In this document: piece by piece, positions 28,653-37,931 of the stretch
How the letters are laid out: every line of letters begins with the position of its first letter
Numbering within the stretch: the first letter of the stretch is position 1
Assembly (NCBI GenBank): GCA_958295535.1
Contig: OY282356.1
Location: 1,945,614 to 2,009,613 of the forward strand
Source of the DNA: Gemmatimonadota bacterium
GTDB taxonomy: Bacteria > Gemmatimonadota > Gemmatimonadetes > Palauibacterales > Palauibacteraceae
Length of the DNA: 64,000 nt
Direction of reading: 5' to 3'
Made by a program: the position numbers and the translations under genes
Notes under the pieces: generated by a model
The model's input: the letters and a program-made list of their open reading frames with translations, nothing else
The model's database searches: none
What the model was told of the DNA's origin: nothing

Positions 28653-29873
28653 ATGTCCTTTCTGCGCGAGTTGCGGGGGCCTCGTTCGGCGAATTTGCTC
28701 GCAGCCGTCGCCGCAGCTTTGCTGGCGACTACCGTAGGCTGCACTGAAGCGAGGGACCAGAGACCGAGCGCCGCCTTTGCCATCGCAAAGTGGTTTGACA
28801 ACCACGCCGCGGCCATCTCTATCACGGCCGACGATTGGCCGGACGCGAACCGCCCGGTTGACGACTTCGTGCTGGACATGGGGCTGGTCCTGGACTACGA
28901 GATGGTCACTCAGGCATATGCCGACCAAGCGCCCGATTGGGTCGAACACGACTTGACGGACCTCATCCCTCACATCGTCCCCGGCGTGTCGCTAGACAAG
29001 TTCGAAGACCGACGGATCGAGTACGACTTGGCGCTCGCGGCCCGGGGTTCGGGCTTCTTCGGGCACGGGCATTGGCACGTCGACCACGACGCGCTCTCCT
29101 ATGCCCAGGCCTACGATTCGTTTCGGCTGAACTTCGAGGTCATGCGGGAACTGGGGTTGAAACCGGTGGCGTACGCGTACCCTCGAAGCGCTGGACACGA
29201 AGAGGAAACCAGGAGGGCGCTGGCCGACGCCGGATTTCTCTCGGGCCGCTTGGCAGGGCCGGGAGGCCAGTCGCCGTATATCGTCCCGGATTCCGACACG
29301 ACGCCGGATGACTGGTTCTTCCTGCCCGCCCTGACGATGGAGAGCCACGACTTTCAGCAGTGCGACGGCTGCATCAACGACACCGAGGAACTGACACCTA
29401 TCCTGGACGCCGCCATCGAGAAGACGGCCTGGATCATCCCGGTGTACCATGCCATCGGAATGAGCACGGGCTGGGGACCCTACAGATGGGAGGACTTTCA
29501 GGAAGACATGCGGGCCATCGCCGCTCGCGACTTCTGGGTCGCCCCCATGAACGACATCGTTCTCTATCTGCGGGAAAGGGAGAAGGCCGTCGTCGAGATG
29601 AACGCGATGGAACAGGATGGGGCGACGAAGCAGATCAAGATCACTCTTTCCGACGGGTTGGACAACGAGCGGTTCGACCAGCCGTTGACGCTGATTTTCT
29701 CGCCGCCGGCGGATTGGGCCGGACTGCCGGTGCGCATCACGCAGAACGAGCGGACAGTGGACTGGATTTTCTTGGACGCGGATACCGCGCAGGTTTCGCT
29801 CCGGCCCAACGAGGAGCCGTACGTGCTAGAGGCGTGGCATCCGCCGCGCAGCATCGAGGGGCGGCAACCCTAG
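28653..29873 (+). CDS. Lipoprotein, polysaccharide deacetylase (CE4/NodB-like) family candidate
   Basis: RBS aggaga 7 nt upstream of ATG 28653. Signal peptide plus lipobox (LLAAVAAALLATTVGC). NodB-like motifs ISITADDWPD (TFDD-like), FFGHGHWHVDH (His-rich metal site) and AYAYPRSAGH. The listed ORF 27816..29873 includes a long out-of-frame upstream extension. Confidence 0.55.
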   Translation: MSFLRELRGPRSANLLAAVAAALLATTVGCTEARDQRPSAAFAIAKWFDNHAAAISITADDWPDANRPVDDFVLDMGLVLDYEMVTQAYADQAPDWVEHDLTDLIPHIVPGVSLDKFEDRRIEYDLALAARGSGFFGHGHWHVDHDALSYAQAYDSFRLNFEVMRELGLKPVAYAYPRSAGHEEETRRALADAGFLSGRLAGPGGQSPYIVPDSDTTPDDWFFLPALTMESHDFQQCDGCINDTEELTPILDAAIEKTAWIIPVYHAIGMSTGWGPYRWEDFQEDMRAIAARDFWVAPMNDIVLYLREREKAVVEMNAMEQDGATKQIKITLSDGLDNERFDQPLTLIFSPPADWAGLPVRITQNERTVDWIFLDADTAQVSLRPNEEPYVLEAWHPPRSIEGRQP

Positions 29874-30098
29874 CAATACACTCCGGCCGCGCGGCCCCTG
29901 CAATCCGCCTCCGCAACATGCTGCAAGGCCGGCTCCAGCTCCATCCTGCGCTGCCTCGGCGCCATCGTCGGCGTGTTGCGCATTGCCGAGTTCACCGTGA
30001 ACGGGGCTCCAGCTACATTCCGCGCTGCCTCGGCGCCATCACCCGCCTGCAAGCGTTCGCCGACCCCTTCGCGCAACGTCAGATGGACTGCGGATTCT

Positions 30099-30845
30099 TC
30101 ACAAGCGGTTCATCCGCTTGAACAGGCGCTCCGGGACAGCGCGCAAGACGAACATGATCGGACGCCAGATCCGGCGCACGTAGATCACATCGCGGCGGCG
30201 GCGAATTGCCGCCACGACCGCGGCGGCTACCTCTTCCGGGGTCGCGGTCAGCCGCTCCGGCAGGTCCATGCCGTCGGTCATGCGCGTACGCACGAAGCCC
30301 GGCTTGACCGTCACCACATGGGCGCCGGAGGCGGCCAGCCGGCCGCGCAGACCGGAGAGGAAAGCGGTGAACCCCGCCTTGGCCGAACCGTAGACGTAGT
30401 TCGCGGCCCGTCCCCGCTCGCCGGCAACCGAGCTGACGCCGACCAGGACGCCGCCGCCGCGACGCTCGAAGCGCTCTGCCAGCGCCCCCATCAGCAGCGC
30501 GGGGCCGACATAGTTGGTGCGCATCACGCGCTCGGCGGCGGCACAGTCCCGCCGACTTTCCGCCTGGTCGCCGAGCAGCCCGACGACGCACACAGCCACA
30601 TCGGGCAGCGGATCGAGCGTGTCTAGCAGCGAGACGCCACCATCTTCATCGAGCACATCGCACCGATGCGCGGTCACGGCGACCCCCGCGCGCACTCGGA
30701 TGTCGCGCACCTCTCTCTCCAGCCGCGCCCCGTCGCGGGCCGCGAGCTGCAATGCGCAGCCGTCTTCCGCCAGCGTGCGCGCGATGGCGCGGCCGATACC
30801 CGACGTGGCGCCGATCACCAGCGCTGTCTCGACTCTGCCGTTCAC
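30099..30845 (-). CDS. dprE2: DprE2-family short-chain dehydrogenase/reductase (polyprenyl-phospho-2-keto-pentofuranose reductase homolog)
   Basis: 248 aa. VIGATSGIGRAI (TGxxxGxG), SSVAGERGRAANYVYGSAKAG (catalytic S/Y/K), KPGFVRTRM and a C-terminal IMFVLRAVPERLFKRM. It is colinear with mycobacterial DprE2 (Rv3791: LLGGTSEIGLAI / [21 protein letters not shown] / RPGQVRTRM / YVMMVLRHIPRSIFRKL; from memory). 4-bp overlap with the upstream GT-C. Confidence 0.8.
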   Translation of the reverse strand: MNGRVETALVIGATSGIGRAIARTLAEDGCALQLAARDGARLEREVRDIRVRAGVAVTAHRCDVLDEDGGVSLLDTLDPLPDVAVCVVGLLGDQAESRRDCAAAERVMRTNYVGPALLMGALAERFERRGGGVLVGVSSVAGERGRAANYVYGSAKAGFTAFLSGLRGRLAASGAHVVTVKPGFVRTRMTDGMDLPERLTATPEEVAAAVVAAIRRRRDVIYVRRIWRPIMFVLRAVPERLFKRMNRL

Positions 30846-33133
30846 GGTACGGCTTTCCCGCCATCCGCCGACTCGACAACATCGAAGCTGCCCTCCCAGA
30901 TCTTCTGGCCCTCGCCGGTGAACTGGCCGGTGCGGATCGCGGTGATGCCGTAGTCGGGCAGATCCAGCCGGGCTACGCAGACTCGTCCGTCGACAAGGTG
31001 GTTCCTCAAATCAAAGTCGAGATTGTCGAAGCCGTACTGCTTGCGATGGCCGGGGAGGTCGTTCCTGTCAACCGGGTCCAGATGCACGAAGAACATTGGT
31101 TCGGCATCCTCCGGACTGCATGAGTCCTTGGCGTAGATGAGGCCGTCTTCAACAAGATACACATCCCAGTCGGAGCGGATGGTCGGCGGGCCGTCTCCGG
31201 CCAGTCTTGCCATGTAATCGCCCATCGGCACTGTTTCGATCCTGACCGTCTGGAGCGCATTGCGGGGCAGCACGAGCGCGGCCACGCACAAGCCCGTTTG
31301 CGTTCGCGTCCAGGCTTTGGCGACCGTTTCCTCTCCCGGACCAACCCCTGACAACACTATCAACTCGTTCGGCGCACAATTCCTGACGAACGCCTGCGTC
31401 AGCCGGCCGTCCACGATCAATCCGATGCTATCCGACTGGCGGTCGAAGTGGGGTTCAATCCTCTCCCAAGTCCTGGCGACGGTATTTTCATCTGCCGGAT
31501 TTTCATCTGTCGGCAGCCCGATGGGCCGTAGTTGGAGTTCCACTCCATTCAGGATGCTTGGCAGTCTCTCAAAGTGCTTGATTAAGGCCAAATGAGTTAT
31601 TCCGGCGCTATCCGCGTTTCCCGTGTGGAAGTAGTCATAAGAGTTGACCAAGCCATCCAGGTTCACCACTGGAAAGCGCGAGAAATACCCGATGGTGCCG
31701 CCCATGTCCCGCGCCCCGAACACGCCGTCCTCGGGATGCACGCGATTCATAATCTGCGTACCCCCATAAACGGCTTCAGTCCATTCATTGTTAGAAACGG
31801 CCTTGATCCATTTGTCGTCAGTTCTGGTTGAGACGCTGATCGCTTCAGCACGCCGAAATGGCTCGGTGAAATCGGCCTTGGCAAACAGGGATACCGCGGC
31901 GGCAATTGCAATGCCCACGCTCAGAATGTTTGCCGCCCAAGGCGACCTCGGTCCGATGAAACGGCGGATGAAGTAAATGGCGACGTAACCTCGCACGGGA
32001 ACGATCAGCGTCATCAGCAGGTACGCCGGGACAAAATACCAAGGCCAAGGCCCCAAGGAAGGGTGAATCGTGAGAACAGTCTGCGCGAATTTGGCCAGAT
32101 GGCCGGCTGCCAAACTGAACACGCCCACCAGAAATGCCAGCTGCAGCCAGTCCTCCCGACTCCGGGAGCGGCGGGCGAACCACCAAACGAGCAGGACATA
32201 GAAGCAGACCTCCAGCGCGACCAACAGCTCGTAGTCGAAGGCGGGAAGATGAAGGATGTCCCGGAAGTTCTGAACGAAGCTGTACCCGCCTTCCCGCTCC
32301 CACCGCTGCTGCGACCACATCTGCTTGGTTGCGCCGCTCACGGGCGTCACGCCCCCGAAGACGGTACCGTTATATGCGAAGTACACGAGGATGCCGACGA
32401 CCGCGCCCAGTAGTGGTGCGACGTGTTCATCGCGAGCACGGAATGGCCAACCCCTCTCGGGGGTGCCGAGGCCCTCTCCATCTCCCTCGACAGGGGGGAG
32501 TGACTCACGCCTCGACCACTCGACGAAGCACAGCGCCGCGGTCGCCGCCAGCGATATGGCGATGTACTCCAGGCGCACCCAGGGCAGGACAAAGGCGACC
32601 GCGGCCAGCGTCCACTTCCACCGCGCCGGGTTTCGTGCAAAGAGACAGACGGCCAGAATGAACAGGCCCAGCATGAACAGCGCCGCCGCCGCTTCCATTC
32701 CTGCAGTCATGAAGGTGATGTGGTAGAGCATCGGCAGCGCGGCGAACATCAGATACCACGGCATGCGCGCCAGCCGGGCGGCCGCGGCGACGAGCGCCAC
32801 GCCGCCGGCCACGAGCATGATCTCGAACGCCTTGATGGCGAACAGCGCGGCTTCCTTGTCGAATGCCCAGTAGAACGGCGTGATCAGAAACATCCAGATC
32901 GGATGATATCCGTTGGTGCGCGTTATGCCGCCGTCGAAGGTCGAGAACTTCCCCTCGGCCAGGTTGCTGGCGATCTGGAAGTAGTAAAAGGCGTCATCGT
33001 GCGTGTTGGAGATAAGGCTGATGAGATCGAAGCGGCCGAGCATGTACCAGGCGAACCCGGCCCCGTACGCCAGGATGCCCGCGACGAACAGGACGAACAG
33101 CGCGTTGCTCAGCCGGGAAGACGAGGTCCTCAC
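30842..33133 (-). CDS. ArnT/PMT_2-like GT-C membrane glycosyltransferase, paralog 2, with shared C-terminal domain
   Basis: First-loop motif THDDAFYYFQIASNLAEGKF, ~12 TM helices and a large periplasmic domain. CTD: TIRSDWDVYLVEDGLIYAKDSCSPEDAEPMFFVHLDPVDRNDLPGHRKQYGFDNLDFDLRNHLVDGRVCVARLDLPDYGITAIRTGQF. It lies between dprE1 and dprE2 homologs with 4-bp overlaps on both sides. Confidence 0.75.
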   Translation of the reverse strand: MRTSSSRLSNALFVLFVAGILAYGAGFAWYMLGRFDLISLISNTHDDAFYYFQIASNLAEGKFSTFDGGITRTNGYHPIWMFLITPFYWAFDKEAALFAIKAFEIMLVAGGVALVAAAARLARMPWYLMFAALPMLYHITFMTAGMEAAAALFMLGLFILAVCLFARNPARWKWTLAAVAFVLPWVRLEYIAISLAATAALCFVEWSRRESLPPVEGDGEGLGTPERGWPFRARDEHVAPLLGAVVGILVYFAYNGTVFGGVTPVSGATKQMWSQQRWEREGGYSFVQNFRDILHLPAFDYELLVALEVCFYVLLVWWFARRSRSREDWLQLAFLVGVFSLAAGHLAKFAQTVLTIHPSLGPWPWYFVPAYLLMTLIVPVRGYVAIYFIRRFIGPRSPWAANILSVGIAIAAAVSLFAKADFTEPFRRAEAISVSTRTDDKWIKAVSNNEWTEAVYGGTQIMNRVHPEDGVFGARDMGGTIGYFSRFPVVNLDGLVNSYDYFHTGNADSAGITHLALIKHFERLPSILNGVELQLRPIGLPTDENPADENTVARTWERIEPHFDRQSDSIGLIVDGRLTQAFVRNCAPNELIVLSGVGPGEETVAKAWTRTQTGLCVAALVLPRNALQTVRIETVPMGDYMARLAGDGPPTIRSDWDVYLVEDGLIYAKDSCSPEDAEPMFFVHLDPVDRNDLPGHRKQYGFDNLDFDLRNHLVDGRVCVARLDLPDYGITAIRTGQFTGEGQKIWEGSFDVVESADGGKAVP

Positions 33134-34422
33134 AGCGCAAGCCTCCGCGACAGCTCGGAGGCGAATCTGGACGGCGCCCCGGGCGTCTCGGCCCGGATCC
33201 CCTCGAAGGCGTCAAAACGGGGGTAGCCTTCCCGCACCCGTTCCGTCGCACAGTGGGCATCTTTGGCAAAATAGACGCGCCCCCCGTACCGGTGGGTGAT
33301 CTCGTCGAGCCCGTCGAGCAGCGCCGCAGTGCCGGCGCGCAGCGGAAAGTCGAGCGCCAGCGTGTAGCCCTCCATGGGGAACGACATCAACCCGTCCCCG
33401 GCGGGGCCGAACAGCTTGAGCACCCCCAGGAACGAGCTTTGTCCCGATGCGGCGGCGCGCTCCAGAAGGGCGGCGATCCCGGCCGCGCTTTCGTCTTTGG
33501 GCAGCACGCACTGGTACTGAACGAACCCTCGCCGCCCGTAGAGGCGGTTCCACGCCTCTATCCGATCCAGGGGAAAGAAGAAGCGGTCGAAATGGACCGG
33601 CCGCGCCCCGAACCGTGCGCGTGCCCGCCCGTGCCGGTAGCAGAGCTCGTTGAAGAGGCCGACCGAGATCCTGTTGAGCAGCGCGGACGGCGCATCGGCG
33701 GGAATCCGGCATTTGACGCCGGGGGCCGGACGCAAGGGATCGGACGCCAGGCGCGGCGGCAGTGCGCTGCGCTCCATGAACGCGCCGCGCGTCATCACCG
33801 AGCGGCCCAGTCCCGCGCCCCGCGCCAGACAGTCGATCCAGGCCACGCTGTAGGGCCAGTCGCGGGACTCCTCGAACAAGGCCATCGTCTCGTCAAGGTC
33901 GCGCGCGGCCAGGGTCTCCACTGTCACGAACGCGGTATCGACGGGCCTCAAGCGGAAACGCGCAGATAGGATCACCCCGGTGAGACCCATCCCCCCCAGG
34001 GTGGCGCGGAAGAGATCGGCGTTCTCCTTGCGGCTGCATTCCCGTATCGTGCCGTCCCCGCTCGCCAGCGTCAGCGATTCCACATGTGCGCCGAAGGTCC
34101 CGTCGCGATGATGGTTTTTCCCGTGCACGTCAGCCGCGATCATGCCGCCGACGGTGACGAACTTGGTCCCCGGCGCCACCGGCGGGAACCAGCCGCGCGG
34201 CACGAACGTCGCCAGGATGTCCGCGAGCAGCGCGCCGGCCTCGCAGTCGAGCAGGCCCGTCCCGGCGTCGAACGCCCGCATCCGGTCCATCGCGAGCATC
34301 GACAGCGTCAGTTCCGGGTTGAGCGCCGCGTCGCCGTAGGACCGCCCGTTGCCGCGAGCGATCAGCGTCTTGCCGCGATGAAGCAGACCGGGCAGGTCCC
34401 CGCGCTGGCGCAAGCGCTCCAA
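33130..34422 (-). CDS. dprE1: DprE1-family FAD-dependent oxidase (polyprenyl-phospho-pentofuranose 2'-oxidase homolog)
   Basis: 430 aa. IARGNGRSYGD, GTKFVTVGGMIAADVHGKNHHRDGTFGAHV, GFVQYQCVLP, FLGVLKLFGP and GGRVYFAKDAHCATERVREGYPR. They are colinear with Rv3790 DprE1 (ARGLGRSYGD / [30 protein letters not shown] / GFLQYQFVIP / FLNVFKLFGP / [23 protein letters not shown]; from memory). Confidence 0.85.
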   Translation of the reverse strand: MERLRQRGDLPGLLHRGKTLIARGNGRSYGDAALNPELTLSMLAMDRMRAFDAGTGLLDCEAGALLADILATFVPRGWFPPVAPGTKFVTVGGMIAADVHGKNHHRDGTFGAHVESLTLASGDGTIRECSRKENADLFRATLGGMGLTGVILSARFRLRPVDTAFVTVETLAARDLDETMALFEESRDWPYSVAWIDCLARGAGLGRSVMTRGAFMERSALPPRLASDPLRPAPGVKCRIPADAPSALLNRISVGLFNELCYRHGRARARFGARPVHFDRFFFPLDRIEAWNRLYGRRGFVQYQCVLPKDESAAGIAALLERAAASGQSSFLGVLKLFGPAGDGLMSFPMEGYTLALDFPLRAGTAALLDGLDEITHRYGGRVYFAKDAHCATERVREGYPRFDAFEGIRAETPGAPSRFASELSRRLAL

Positions 34423-34531
34423 CCGGCAATCGACGGATGGATACCGACCCCAGCCCGAGAGGATTATGCGGCCCGCTCCCGGAACGCGAAGCGCGGACCA
34501 AGAAACGCGGGCGCCGCCGTGCCCGCGCGCG

Positions 34532-36103
34532 TCACAGCGCGGCCGCGAACGCGGCCAGGACGCCGATGCCGGTCAGCCAGCTCGCCCGGTCGCGTAGCGC
34601 AAAGATCAGGGGGTCCTCGTTATCCGGCATCCGTTTGGAGGTCTCCCCTCCCCCACGACCGATGAGGAGCGCGATGCGCCCCAGCCAGTAGAGCAGCAGC
34701 GGACAGATCATCCACAGAAACTCGGGGCGGGCGTAGCGCTCCCCCGTCTCCGGACTCTGGATGTAAAGAGTCAGAATCACCACCGAAGCGACGCCGGTCG
34801 CCGCGCCCAGCGCCGCCATTACCTGGAAGTCTTCGGCAAGATAGGCGCGGCCGCCGGAGGCGGACCGGCCGGATCCGCGCAGTTCGCCTTGGCGCTTGGC
34901 GATGGCCAGCGCGAGGAACAGGAACAGGAAGAAGGCGATCAGCCAGGGCGACAGCGGGACCGACACTGCCGCCGCGCCGGCCAGCACACGGAACGCGTAG
35001 AGCATGGCGAGGATGACCACATCGATGAAGGTCTTCCGCTTCAGCGACAGCGAGTAGGCGCAGGTCATGGCCAGATACAGAAGGACCCAAAGCCCGGCCA
35101 CGGCGGACAGCCAGAAAGCCAGAGCGAGACCGCCCGCCGCCAGCGCGGCGCCAATGCCGATCATCGGCAGCAGAGGCGCCCTCCCCGCCGCCATCGGGCG
35201 GTGGCGCTTGGCGGGGTGCCCGCGGTCGTGCGGAAGATCGAGCAGGTCGTTCAGCAGGTAGCCGCCCGATGCCACAGCCGCCAGGGCCGCAAACACCCCG
35301 GCGGCCACTAGGTACGGCCCCGCGTCGGTCTCGTGCACCGCGGCGAGGGGCACGAACACGAGCAGGTTCTTCACCCACTGGTGCGGCCGCAACGCCCGGA
35401 ACCAGTCGAGCGGGCGACCGCCGAGCCCGGGCAGGAGCCGAGCCTCGCCGTCAAGCGCCCGCACCTTGCGCGCCAGCTCCGGCGGCAAGCCGACCCCGGC
35501 GGCGCGCCGCGCCCGCTTCCAGACCGCCAAGTCGCGGCGCCCGCTGCCAATGTAATCGAAGCCGCGGTCGCCAAAGCGGGCGGCCAGAGCAACTGCCCTG
35601 GCCTCGCCCACAAAGTTGGTGCGGTCGTCCGAGGCGAGACAGCCCGCCGCCCCCACCATCTCGGCGAGCGGCGAGACCGCCTGCGCATCGGAGGCGGAGA
35701 CCAGCCACACCGAGCGTCCCGCGGCCTGCGCGGCGGCAATCTCCTCCAGCACGGCCGGGTTCAACGCCAGCGTGCCGGCTGGCAACGGAACCGCCTCCGC
35801 GATCCTGCGCCTCAGTCCGGCACGTCCCCTCGCCATGGCGGCGGCCAGCCAGAACGGCAGGGCGAACAGGCTGAGCGGCGAGACCGAGAGCAGCCGGGCG
35901 ATCCCCTCGGCCAGCAGATCCCCGCCGACCAGCAAGCCGTCGACATCGACGACCAACGGCGGCTCGGCAGCGCCTCGCAGGTTGTCCGGCACAGCCTCGG
36001 CCCGGCTTCCGCGGATCAGTTTTCCGGCCCCGTCATCCAGCGCCGTCATAAGCCTTCGCCACGGGTGCGGACGGCGCGGTAATCGCTCTGATCGTGTTGC
36101 CAT
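34532..36103 (-). CDS. Fusion protein: N-terminal HAD-superfamily phosphatase domain + C-terminal UbiA-family polyprenyl-phosphate phosphoribosyltransferase (DPPR-synthase-like)
   Basis: 523 aa. The N-terminal ~200 aa carry HAD motif I VVDVDGLLVGG and later SVWLVSASD. The C-terminal ~300 aa are polytopic, with the UbiA Asp-rich motif LLNDLLDLPHDRGHPAKRHRPMAAGR (NDxxDxxxD). The start may be an internal Met (e.g. MTALDD) because the listed start overlaps the upstream GT-C by 71 nt. Confidence 0.75.
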   Translation of the reverse strand: MATRSERLPRRPHPWRRLMTALDDGAGKLIRGSRAEAVPDNLRGAAEPPLVVDVDGLLVGGDLLAEGIARLLSVSPLSLFALPFWLAAAMARGRAGLRRRIAEAVPLPAGTLALNPAVLEEIAAAQAAGRSVWLVSASDAQAVSPLAEMVGAAGCLASDDRTNFVGEARAVALAARFGDRGFDYIGSGRRDLAVWKRARRAAGVGLPPELARKVRALDGEARLLPGLGGRPLDWFRALRPHQWVKNLLVFVPLAAVHETDAGPYLVAAGVFAALAAVASGGYLLNDLLDLPHDRGHPAKRHRPMAAGRAPLLPMIGIGAALAAGGLALAFWLSAVAGLWVLLYLAMTCAYSLSLKRKTFIDVVILAMLYAFRVLAGAAAVSVPLSPWLIAFFLFLFLALAIAKRQGELRGSGRSASGGRAYLAEDFQVMAALGAATGVASVVILTLYIQSPETGERYARPEFLWMICPLLLYWLGRIALLIGRGGGETSKRMPDNEDPLIFALRDRASWLTGIGVLAAFAAAL

Positions 36104-37931
36104 CTTTGTCCGTACAGTACGCGTAGGCCCTCAGGCGATGGCCAACGTCCGCGGCAGCCGGGGTGTATTGATAGGAGGCCCAGCGGGGCGCGACTTTGGT
36201 CCAACCGGTCGCATCGCTGCCCCGTTCCCATTGCCATGGTTGGAATCTGGCAGACCCGCATTCAAGCCGGGCCGACAATCTGACGCCGAACGGCTCGCCT
36301 GCCACCGGAGCGACAGCGCTGATGAAATAGGCGGGAGCGGGATCGGCGTCGCTGCGAGTTACGCGATAGATCGAACCGTCGGACAACTCGGCCACCAGCT
36401 CCAGTCCCAGCAATTCCCTCAACACGCCGATAGTGGCCGGATACTGCATCGAATCCATCCAAGCGACATAGTCGCCGGGCACAGCCAGTTCTATCTGCCC
36501 TCTCATCGTATCCAGATCGAAGGGAAGATAGTGAAGGTCCGCATGATTCGCGCGGAGGTATATGAAAGATGACACATTGCTGAATATACGGTTCGCCAAT
36601 AGATGCTCTTCAACATACCGCATGACATCCGAGCGGGCCAATACCGGCACCATTCCCATGCCTCGTCCCTCGTTGTTCAATACGATTTCACGCACGTTCA
36701 GCGCCGCCTGTACAGCCAGCCACAGGGAAAGGGCTGTCGCCAGGGTAGCCACCAGCAGGTTCGCCGTTCTGCCCTCTCCCCCGACGATTCTGTTTGAATC
36801 GCCGGCAACCCGCCGGAGGGTTCTCAGGACCTTTCTGGCCGGATCGAGCCCAAGGAACTTGTCCAGCGCAAACACTGCCGCGAACAGGAGCGGGAGATAC
36901 ATAGGAGACAGGTAGCGGCCGCCGAGGGGCGTGAGATCGAAGCCCGCTTGCGCGGCCGTGAGAAAGACGAGGTACACCAGGGCAAAGCCGCCAAACAAGT
37001 GGAAGGGCTCCATCCGGCGCCGTTTCCCCTGCCAGGCACGAACGAACGCGTGGCCGACGGACACCGCCAGCGCCAACAGGGCTACTCCGACCAGCGCCGC
37101 GGCGGCCACCCTGACGCTCCCGGACGGCAAGTAGAGGAATACCCACTGGGCCAGATCGCTCAGGAATTTGTCCAGAATCTCCTGCACCGTATGCGGCGAC
37201 GGGCCGATGCGCCCGCTGAGTCTTCCGTGGAACAGGACGTTCCGCAACAGCCACAGCGCCACCGGCAGCGCGGCGATCGACAGGTACAGGCCGATGCGCT
37301 TCGCTTTATCCAACGGCACGACGCCGCGCTGGAAGATCAGCAGGGGTAAAGTGGCCATGATCAAGGTGACGCCGCTATAGCGGGTCAGAAAGGCCAAGGA
37401 AGCGAACGCCGCCGCCCAAATCAGGTCCGAACGCTTGCCGGTATCCAGAGCCGTGGAAGTCCGAACCAGAGAGAGCGTCACGAACAGGATAAAGGGAGTC
37501 TCGGAAACTGCGTGAGACGCCATCCTGGTCAAGGGGATTGCCAGCATGATGGCGACACAGGCCCAAAGGACCAGGACATGGTGTCGGACATGCCGCCGCA
37601 AGTATTGACCGGCGACGAATAGAGTCAGTCCGAAGGCGGCGGCATTCAACGGCCCGGCGACATCGTAGGGGACAAACACAAAGAGACCGGCAGCGGCGAG
37701 CAGCATCGGATACAGCGGCGGCCAGTGCAAATAGGGCCAGCCGTGAACTTGAACGAAGCCCTCTCCCGCCGACAGACTCTGGGCCGCGGACAGGTAAGCG
37801 GCCCAATCCGCGCTCAGTCCCACTCCGTAAGTGACTTGTCGCGCCAGGATGAGTACCGTGCCCAGCGCTGCAAGGGCGGCAAGGAGCAGGGTGAAACGAT
37901 CGGGCCGCCTGTCTGGCGCCCGTCTACTCAT
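36033..37931 (-). CDS. ArnT/PMT_2-like GT-C membrane glycosyltransferase, paralog 3 (C-terminal WxW module instead of the shared CTD)
   Basis: First-loop motif ADWAAYLSAAQSLSAGEGFV, ~11 TM helices and a periplasmic C-terminal region. It ends FQPWQWERGSDATGWTKVAPRWASYQYTPAAADVGHRLRAYAYCTDKDGNTIRAITAPSAPV, the WxW module shared with 38528..41164. Confidence 0.7.
   Translation of the reverse strand: MSRRAPDRRPDRFTLLLAALAALGTVLILARQVTYGVGLSADWAAYLSAAQSLSAGEGFVQVHGWPYLHWPPLYPMLLAAAGLFVFVPYDVAGPLNAAAFGLTLFVAGQYLRRHVRHHVLVLWACVAIMLAIPLTRMASHAVSETPFILFVTLSLVRTSTALDTGKRSDLIWAAAFASLAFLTRYSGVTLIMATLPLLIFQRGVVPLDKAKRIGLYLSIAALPVALWLLRNVLFHGRLSGRIGPSPHTVQEILDKFLSDLAQWVFLYLPSGSVRVAAAALVGVALLALAVSVGHAFVRAWQGKRRRMEPFHLFGGFALVYLVFLTAAQAGFDLTPLGGRYLSPMYLPLLFAAVFALDKFLGLDPARKVLRTLRRVAGDSNRIVGGEGRTANLLVATLATALSLWLAVQAALNVREIVLNNEGRGMGMVPVLARSDVMRYVEEHLLANRIFSNVSSFIYLRANHADLHYLPFDLDTMRGQIELAVPGDYVAWMDSMQYPATIGVLRELLGLELVAELSDGSIYRVTRSDADPAPAYFISAVAPVAGEPFGVRLSARLECGSARFQPWQWERGSDATGWTKVAPRWASYQYTPAAADVGHRLRAYAYCTDKDGNTIRAITAPSAPVAKAYDGAG

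Noticed and set aside
29874-30098. Perfect 12-bp palindrome GGCCGCGCGGCC in the convergent intergenic region
   Set aside because: No following T-run. In 70% GC DNA such GC palindromes occur by chance, so there is insufficient evidence for a terminator or operator.
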